64,000 bases of DNA from a virus: positions 17,487-81,486 of IMG/VR virus record IMGVR_UViG_3300027971_000044; one strand, written 5' to 3'. Of this stretch, positions 58,638-64,000 are shown in pieces (the first letter of the stretch is position 1; every line of letters starts with the position of its first letter). The notes under the pieces were generated by a model that saw only the letters and a program-made list of their open reading frames with translations, had not been told where the DNA came from and did not search any database. The translations under genes and the position numbers were made by a program.

Positions 58638-58966
58638 AATTAAGACCAGTATTTGAGGATGTTACTCAGTTTAATTGCAGTGATCTATATTTAAAATCTG
58701 TAGGAGCGCCAGCAGGAAATAAAATATGGTCAACGTGCCATGAAATTGCACACATGTTAATTGAAAAGAATATATCATACGGCAATTCAGCTTTGGATCC
58801 TGCCAGAATATTTTCAACAGCGGATTCAACAGAACAATTAAAAGTTCGTATTGATGATAAATTAAATAGAGTTAAGAATAATCAAGGCTATGCTGGGGAC
58901 AATGATATTGATGATTTGATTGGCTATTTAGTATTATATAAGATTGCAAAGGCTAAATCTGATTGA
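58634..58966 (+). CDS. DUF1599/Nmad1-like (nucleotide modification associated) protein
   Basis: KNISYGNS...VRIDDKLNR...DDLIGY. Confidence 0.65.
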   Translation: MKLRPVFEDVTQFNCSDLYLKSVGAPAGNKIWSTCHEIAHMLIEKNISYGNSALDPARIFSTADSTEQLKVRIDDKLNRVKNNQGYAGDNDIDDLIGYLVLYKIAKAKSD

Positions 58967-58991
58967 CATTTTAGTCGACTAAAAGTATAAT
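58963..58991 (+). promoter_or_regulatory. consensus promoter with 16-bp palindrome in spacer (leaderless)
   Basis: TTGACA-N17-TATAAT; TTTTAGTCGACTAAAA at 58969-58984; ATG 6 nt after the -10. Confidence 0.85.
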
Positions 58992-58997
58992 ATAGTA

Positions 58998-59534
58998 ATG
59001 AGCGAAATAGAATTATCAGAGCATTTTGATAGAATGAACAAGGTGGTTGAAGAACTTCTTAAAGGAAGTACGCCTACCCAGATTGCCACTACTACTGGAA
59101 TCCAGCGCAAAGAAGTCCTTGAGCTAATTGACGACTGGAAAGATGTAGTACATAATGATAGCAATATCAGAGATCGTGCCCGAGAGGCCATCTCAGGGGC
59201 CGATCAGCACTATGCCATGCTTATCAAAGAGGCGTGGAAAACAGTAGAAGATGCAGATCAATCTGGCCAATTAGGAATAAAGTCTGGCGCATTAAAGCTT
59301 ATTGCGGATATAGAGACCAAAAGAATTGCAATGCTTCAATCTATTGGCGTACTTGAAAACAATGAGATTGCATCACAAATTGCAGAGACAGAACGTAAAC
59401 AAGACATCCTTGTTAGAATTTTAAAAGAGACTACATCAATATGCCCTAAGTGTAAGATGGAAGTAGCAAAAAGGTTATCTCAAATAACTGGAGTAATTGA
59501 ATCCGTTCAAGTAGAGGAAGCCGATGTCGTTTGA
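58998..59534 (+). CDS. HTH protein, candidate terminase small subunit
   Basis: N-terminal HTH (TPTQIATTTGIQRKEV); overlaps TerL. Confidence 0.6.
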   Translation: MSEIELSEHFDRMNKVVEELLKGSTPTQIATTTGIQRKEVLELIDDWKDVVHNDSNIRDRAREAISGADQHYAMLIKEAWKTVEDADQSGQLGIKSGALKLIADIETKRIAMLQSIGVLENNEIASQIAETERKQDILVRILKETTSICPKCKMEVAKRLSQITGVIESVQVEEADVV

Positions 59535-61326
59535 TTTTACCGACCTTATCGACATGCTCGATGGAGAGGAGTTCGATGAAAAACCAGTCGATCTTAAAAC
59601 GTTTGTTAGAAGTCCAGAATACCTTGGGCTTCCAGAACTTTCCGACTATCAGTACACACTTATCGAAAAAAGTTCGCAGATCTATAAAGAGTCAACCCTC
59701 ATCAAATTATTTGGAGAAGAAGAAGGAAAGATAAGATTTAAACAAACTGCTAATGAAGTAGTGGCTCAATTAGGAAAAGGGTCGGGCAAAGATTACTGCT
59801 CAACCATTGCAACTTCGTATATAGTATATTTACTATTGTGCCTTAAAGATCCAGCCACATACTATGGCAAGCCTCCAGGAGACAGCATTGACATTATTAA
59901 CATTGCTATTAACTCTCAACAAGCAAGCAACGTGTTCTTCAAGGGATTTAAGACACGCATTGATAAATCACCTTGGTTTGCTGGAAAGTATAATGACAAG
60001 GCGTCAGAAGTTAAATTTGATAAAGCCATTACCGTACACTCAGGTCACTCGGAGCGTGAAGCTTGGGAAGGCTATAACGTAATTGTGGTTATCCTTGATG
60101 AAATTTCAGGATTTGCTATTGACAATACAACAGGTCATGAACAGGCAAAAACAGGCGCAGCTATATATGATATGTACCGTGCATCTGTAGATTCTCGTTT
60201 CCCAGATTTTGGAAAAGTAATTCTATTGTCATTTCCTAGATACAAGAATGATTATATTCAGCAAAGATATGATGCGGTGGTAGCTCAAAAAGAAACTATT
60301 GTACGTGACCATAGATTCAAAATGGATGAAGACCTACCAGATAACACAGAAGGCAATGAGTTTAGTGTTGAATGGGAAGAAGATCACATCCTGTCTTATA
60401 AGATTCCAAGAGTATATGCTCTTAAGAGACCTACGTGGGAAGTGAACCCAGTAAGAAAGATTGATGACTTTAAAGTAGCATTCTTTACAAACCCCTTAGA
60501 CGCCTTGTCTAGATTTGCATGCATGCCGCCAGATGCAGTTGACGCATTCTTTAAATCAAGAGAAAAGATTGAGAAGGCTTTTAGTAAAGGGCATCTTGCA
60601 GTAGATAATTTTGGTAGGCTTGAAGAATGGTTTATTCCAGATCCAGACAAGGAATACTTTATACACGTAGACTTAGCGCAAAAACATGACCACTGTGCAG
60701 TAGCAATGGGTCATGTAAATAAGTGGGTTAATGTTAAAGTTACCGATACATATTCTCAGCCCGCTCCTATTGTTGAAATAGATGCTGTTAGATTCTGGAC
60801 ACCAACAAAAGATAAGTCTGTAGATTTTACTGAAGTAAAAGATTATATTCTTTCATTAAAAACCCGTGGATTTAAGATACGAGTTTGTACTTTTGACAGA
60901 TGGAACTCTCACGATATGATGCAACAACTAAAACAATACGGCATCAATACAGAGATTCTGTCTGTCGCTAAAAAACATTATGACGACATGGCAATGATCG
61001 TGGCAGAAGAAAGACTGTCTGGGCCACATATACAATTGCTTATAGATGAATTACTTCAGCTTAAGATAATGAGAGACAGGGTTGACCACCCAAGAAAAGG
61101 TTCAAAAGACTTGGCGGATGCAGTTTGTGGAGCTATTTACAACTCTATTAGTAGAAGTAAATTTGACACAAATGAAGAAATAAATATACATACATATGAG
61201 TCCATGAGTTATGACAACGACTTTGGAACAAAAAATGATGGAGATACCAGCTCATATAATATGATAAGGGCACCAAGAATGCCTGAAAATTTACGAGATG
61301 CAATGGACAGGATGACGATAATATGA
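59524..61326 (+). CDS. terminase large subunit
   Basis: GKGSGKD Walker A, VILDE Walker B, nuclease motifs HVDLA, FDRW and DHP..GSKDLADA. Confidence 0.9.
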   Translation: MSFDFTDLIDMLDGEEFDEKPVDLKTFVRSPEYLGLPELSDYQYTLIEKSSQIYKESTLIKLFGEEEGKIRFKQTANEVVAQLGKGSGKDYCSTIATSYIVYLLLCLKDPATYYGKPPGDSIDIINIAINSQQASNVFFKGFKTRIDKSPWFAGKYNDKASEVKFDKAITVHSGHSEREAWEGYNVIVVILDEISGFAIDNTTGHEQAKTGAAIYDMYRASVDSRFPDFGKVILLSFPRYKNDYIQQRYDAVVAQKETIVRDHRFKMDEDLPDNTEGNEFSVEWEEDHILSYKIPRVYALKRPTWEVNPVRKIDDFKVAFFTNPLDALSRFACMPPDAVDAFFKSREKIEKAFSKGHLAVDNFGRLEEWFIPDPDKEYFIHVDLAQKHDHCAVAMGHVNKWVNVKVTDTYSQPAPIVEIDAVRFWTPTKDKSVDFTEVKDYILSLKTRGFKIRVCTFDRWNSHDMMQQLKQYGINTEILSVAKKHYDDMAMIVAEERLSGPHIQLLIDELLQLKIMRDRVDHPRKGSKDLADAVCGAIYNSISRSKFDTNEEINIHTYESMSYDNDFGTKNDGDTSSYNMIRAPRMPENLRDAMDRMTII

Positions 61327-61574
61327 GCACTTATCAAGAAAAAGCTAAAGAATGTAAATGTTGTGGCAAGCATGTTCCGCTTCCAACGGTATTAAAGGAG
61401 TATAATGGAATAGTGTTATGTCCAACTACATTTAACAACGTAATTGAATATAAAAGAATTTGGAAATCTACTGGCTATAGACCGATGGGTAATATTAGAA
61501 AGCATTTTTCTGAATATGTACAGCAAATAGTAGAAGAAACTATTGACAAGAATGAAGATGGCACGATACAATAA
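61323..61574 (+). CDS. hypothetical Zn-binding protein
   Basis: CKCCG...LCPT. Confidence 0.65.
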   Translation: MSTYQEKAKECKCCGKHVPLPTVLKEYNGIVLCPTTFNNVIEYKRIWKSTGYRPMGNIRKHFSEYVQQIVEETIDKNEDGTIQ

Positions 61575-61582
61575 GTCACTAA

Positions 61583-61656
61583 GCAACAGTAGCTTAGTTG
61601 GTCAAAGCCCCGAACTCATAATTCGGTAATCGTAGGTTCAAGTCCTACCTGTTGTA
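61583..61656 (+). tRNA. tRNA with CAT anticodon (elongator Met or Ile2)
   Basis: Acceptor GCAACAG/CTGTTGT; anticodon arm CCGAA-CTCATAA-TTCGG; T arm GTAGG-TTCAAGT-CCTAC; no encoded CCA; TTGACA-N18-TACAAT upstream. Confidence 0.85.
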
Positions 61657-61668
61657 CTAGGAGAGCAT

Positions 61669-61980
61669 ATGGATGATGATGAGAAATTATCAATGTACTT
61701 AGAAATGGGTGCAGTGGAGCTAGCGGGAATGGATGAGCATGGAGAATTTATCTTCCAGATTACAGAAAAAGCAAAAGATATTGCTCCAGAGTTATGGCAG
61801 GCTCATCAAGAGCATGTTGATAGATCATTAGTTCAATTATATGAGGCGGGCTTAATAAATGTTACTTATAATGATAACCTTGAAGCAACAATAGAAATGT
61901 CAGAAGAAGGACATGAAATGGCCAAAGATTTGGGCTTAGTAGAGATTAATATGCATGAGGAAGATATTCCAAACGATTAA
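61669..61980 (+). CDS. acidic hypothetical protein
   Basis: AGGAG RBS; 103 aa. Confidence 0.7.
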   Translation: MDDDEKLSMYLEMGAVELAGMDEHGEFIFQITEKAKDIAPELWQAHQEHVDRSLVQLYEAGLINVTYNDNLEATIEMSEEGHEMAKDLGLVEINMHEEDIPND

Positions 61981-61986
61981 TTTAAT

Positions 61987-62059
61987 GCCTTCGTAGCTCA
62001 GAGGATAGAGCAGGACTCTTCTAAGGTCTTGGTCGCAGGTTCGACTCCTGCCGACGGCG
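61987..62059 (+). tRNA. tRNA-Arg(TCT)
   Basis: GCTC/GAGC D stem, GGACT-CTTCTAA-GGTCT, GCAGG-TTCGACT-CCTGC; one T-C mismatch in the acceptor. Confidence 0.88.
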
Positions 62060-62063
62060 CAAC

Positions 62064-62134
62064 GCGGATGTTGCATATTGGTAGTGCCTCTGCCTTCCAA
62101 GCAGAAGGGGTCAGTTCGATTCTGATCATCCGCT
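62064..62134 (+). tRNA. tRNA-Gly(TCC)
   Basis: GCGGATG/CATCCGC acceptor, TCTGC-CTTCCAA-GCAGA, U73 discriminator. Confidence 0.9.
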
Positions 62135-62189
62135 CAAATAAAGAAATGCTATACTTATAGTATAGTAAACTACAATAAGGAGAAATAAA

Positions 62190-62732
62190 ATGGCAGAAGT
62201 AATTCACGCAAATGCAGCAAAAGTATTAGCAGCGGCTAAGAAGTATGCTGATGAGAAGTACACAGAAGGAACAAATAACGATACAGTTTTTGGAAAGCGA
62301 TACGGAATGAATCACCAACCATGGTGTGCAATGTTTGTTTCAGGATGCTTTGATGATGCAGGATTAGTTCACCTAGTTGCCGCTTCAACAAAGAAAGGCT
62401 TTGCATCATGTGATGCAGGAGCACAATGGTTTGCAAAAAATAAGAGAATTGTTCCAATTGGACAAGCACAGGCAGGAGACGTTGTATTCTTTAACTTTGA
62501 TAAAGAACCAACAGATACAGAGCATGTGGGAATTGTTATTTCAAATGATGGAAAAAATCTTATCACATATGAAGGCAATACATCTGGGGATACAAAGGGA
62601 AGTCAAGCAAATGGCGACGGTGTATTCAAGAAGAAAAGAGCATACAGTTTAGTTATGTCGGTTGCTCGCCCAGATTGGGATGCGGCAGCACCAAAACCTG
62701 CTACAGTAAAAGCAAGCGTAAAGAAGAAGTAA
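62190..62732 (+). CDS. CHAP-domain endolysin/peptidoglycan hydrolase
   Basis: PWCAMFV (Cys), EHVGIV (His), YEGNT. Confidence 0.85.
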   Translation: MAEVIHANAAKVLAAAKKYADEKYTEGTNNDTVFGKRYGMNHQPWCAMFVSGCFDDAGLVHLVAASTKKGFASCDAGAQWFAKNKRIVPIGQAQAGDVVFFNFDKEPTDTEHVGIVISNDGKNLITYEGNTSGDTKGSQANGDGVFKKKRAYSLVMSVARPDWDAAAPKPATVKASVKKK

Positions 62733-63136
62733 TGTACGAATACCACGTTAAGAAAGTAAATAATGTAGTAGACGGAGATACAATAGACGTAGATATTGAT
62801 CTAGGTTTTGACATATCATTTAGTTCAAGAGTCAGACTGGCTGGAATTGATACTCCAGAGTCTAGGACAAAAGACCTTGTTGAGAAAAAGCTGGGGCTTG
62901 AGGCTAAAGAGTATGTAAAGTCTAAGATTAAAGATGCTAAAGAAGTTGTAATTAAGACAGAGAAGATGGACTCATCAGAAAAATATGGACGCATCCTTGG
63001 ATGGCTATTCCTAGATGGATCTAAAGTCTCAGTAAATGAACAAATGATTGCCGATGGATATGCCTGGGGATACCTAGGGGATACTAAGGTAAAAGACTTT
63101 GAAGCACTTGCTAAGGTAAGGGCCAAAAAGAAGTAG
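62732..63136 (+). CDS. SNase-like (thermonuclease) protein
   Basis: VVDGDTID, VRLAGIDTPE and KYGRILG; TAATG start. Confidence 0.88.
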   Translation: MYEYHVKKVNNVVDGDTIDVDIDLGFDISFSSRVRLAGIDTPESRTKDLVEKKLGLEAKEYVKSKIKDAKEVVIKTEKMDSSEKYGRILGWLFLDGSKVSVNEQMIADGYAWGYLGDTKVKDFEALAKVRAKKK

Positions 63137-63162
63137 ACAAGATATAAATATTTTGCTATAAT
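63134..63162 (+). promoter_or_regulatory. promoter of hsp20
   Basis: TAGACA-N17-TATAAT with TG extension. Confidence 0.7.
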
Positions 63163-63224
63163 AATATATGGATCGCTCATTAGAGGGTCCATATATTAAT
63201 TTATTCGCTTGAAAGGGGAATATA

Positions 63225-63710
63225 ATGGTAACAACAACACTGGATTTTTTTAATGATCCATTTTTTATTGGTTTTGATCGCCAAATTAAAGATCTACAAA
63301 ATATAAGCAGAAATACTTCAAACTATCCGCCTCATAATATATCTAAGGTCAAAGGACCAGATGAGATGTATGTAATTGAGCTGGCCTTGGCTGGATTTAA
63401 TAAAGAGGATATTGAAGTAGAACAAGATAAGAATGTACTAACAATTAAAGGTGCCTCTAACGAAGACCCAAATAAAGAATATCTTTATAAGGGAATTGGA
63501 GCACGTTCATTTGTTAAAACATTTTCTCTTGCAGAATATGTAAAGGTTAATTCCGTGATTATTTCAAACGGAATCTTGATGGTAGGACTAACTAAGTTCA
63601 TTCCAGAAAGTGAAAGACCAGTTAAGTTCGATATTCATGACTTTGATTCAGCAGAAGGATTTGAAGATCTTAGAGATACTGAAGTAAAGACAAAAAGAAC
63701 AAAGAAATAG
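63225..63710 (+). CDS. hsp20: small heat shock protein (Hsp20/IbpA-like)
   Basis: NYPPHNI, IELALAGF, YLYKGIGARSF..TFSL and NGIL. Confidence 0.92.
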   Translation: MVTTTLDFFNDPFFIGFDRQIKDLQNISRNTSNYPPHNISKVKGPDEMYVIELALAGFNKEDIEVEQDKNVLTIKGASNEDPNKEYLYKGIGARSFVKTFSLAEYVKVNSVIISNGILMVGLTKFIPESERPVKFDIHDFDSAEGFEDLRDTEVKTKRTKK

Positions 63711-63720
63711 TATAATAGAA

Positions 63721-63801
63721 ATCTGCACCCCTTCATCGGGAAGTCGCAGATAGCGGGCCGTTACCCGCAGGATGGACCTGAGTAAGTCCTCAAACTGCTC
63801 A
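63721..63801 (+). ncRNA. candidate structured small RNA (two hairpins plus H-type pseudoknot)
   Basis: GC-rich intergenic island between two TATAAT boxes, with four complementary pairings read by eye. Confidence 0.5.
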
Positions 63802-63821
63802 CTATAATTAAAGGATAGGTA

Positions 63822-64000
63822 ATGCCAGTATACGAATACAAGTGCTCATATGATGATGCACATCCAACAATGTCAACTCATAGATCGATAACAGAAAGTG
63901 ATCCAGGCTATAGTTGTGTTGAATGTGATTCACAAATGACAAGACACTTTACACCATTTGGTATACAATTTAAAGGTAACGGATTTTATAAAACAGACAA
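63822..64000 (+). CDS. FmdB-like Zn-ribbon protein (3' truncated; not in ORF track)
   Basis: MPVYEYKC...CVEC...GIQFKGNGFYKTD. Confidence 0.8.
   Translation, partial: MPVYEYKCSYDDAHPTMSTHRSITESDPGYSCVECDSQMTRHFTPFGIQFKGNGFYKTD

Noticed and set aside
48658-61326. Inteins or introns in DnaE, RecA or TerL
   Set aside because: Lengths are ordinary, motifs are contiguous, and no intein C-terminal HN-C/S/T junction or homing endonuclease segment was recognised.
61998-62207. 69-aa minus-strand ORF
   Set aside because: Antisense of the tRNA-Arg and tRNA-Gly genes.
63721-63801. tRNA, tmRNA or simple terminator after hsp20
   Set aside because: No TTCRA T-loop or cloverleaf, too short for tmRNA, and no U-tract after the hairpins.
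1-64000. Stop-codon reassignment
   Set aside because: Genes tile densely under the standard bacterial code, TAA, TAG and TGA all end genes, and no suppressor tRNA is present.

Overview
This 64 kb window is part of a large, AT-rich tailed dsDNA phage genome with siphovirus-like organisation. Every credible gene is on the + strand. In order: (1) 1-12.7 kb, a tandem array of mosaic Gly-rich/FN3 fibre- or adhesin-like genes alternating with short adaptor genes; (2) a LamG-like protein, portal, prohead protease with a nested scaffold start, major capsid, head-tail connectors, major tail protein, a tail chaperone pair joined by a CCCAAAC -1 frameshift, a 2180-aa tape measure and several minor tail proteins (12.7-43.2 kb); (3) a replication/recombination module with metallophosphoesterase, DnaB, primase, two SSBs, DnaE, a MazG-like enzyme, RecA, resolvases and a Cas4-like nuclease; (4) a glycosyltransferase/methyltransferase island; (5) terminase, three tRNAs, a CHAP endolysin, an SNase-like nuclease, Hsp20, a candidate pseudoknotted small RNA and an FmdB-like Zn-ribbon gene cut by the window end. 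Gene content, apparently leaderless mRNAs and the SSB type suggest an actinobacterial, possibly freshwater low-GC, host (inference). All product calls come from reading motifs by eye, with no database searches. The most notable items are the modular adhesin array, the motif-bounded insert in the tape measure protein, the 63.72-63.80 kb structured RNA, the palindromic operators and the GT island.
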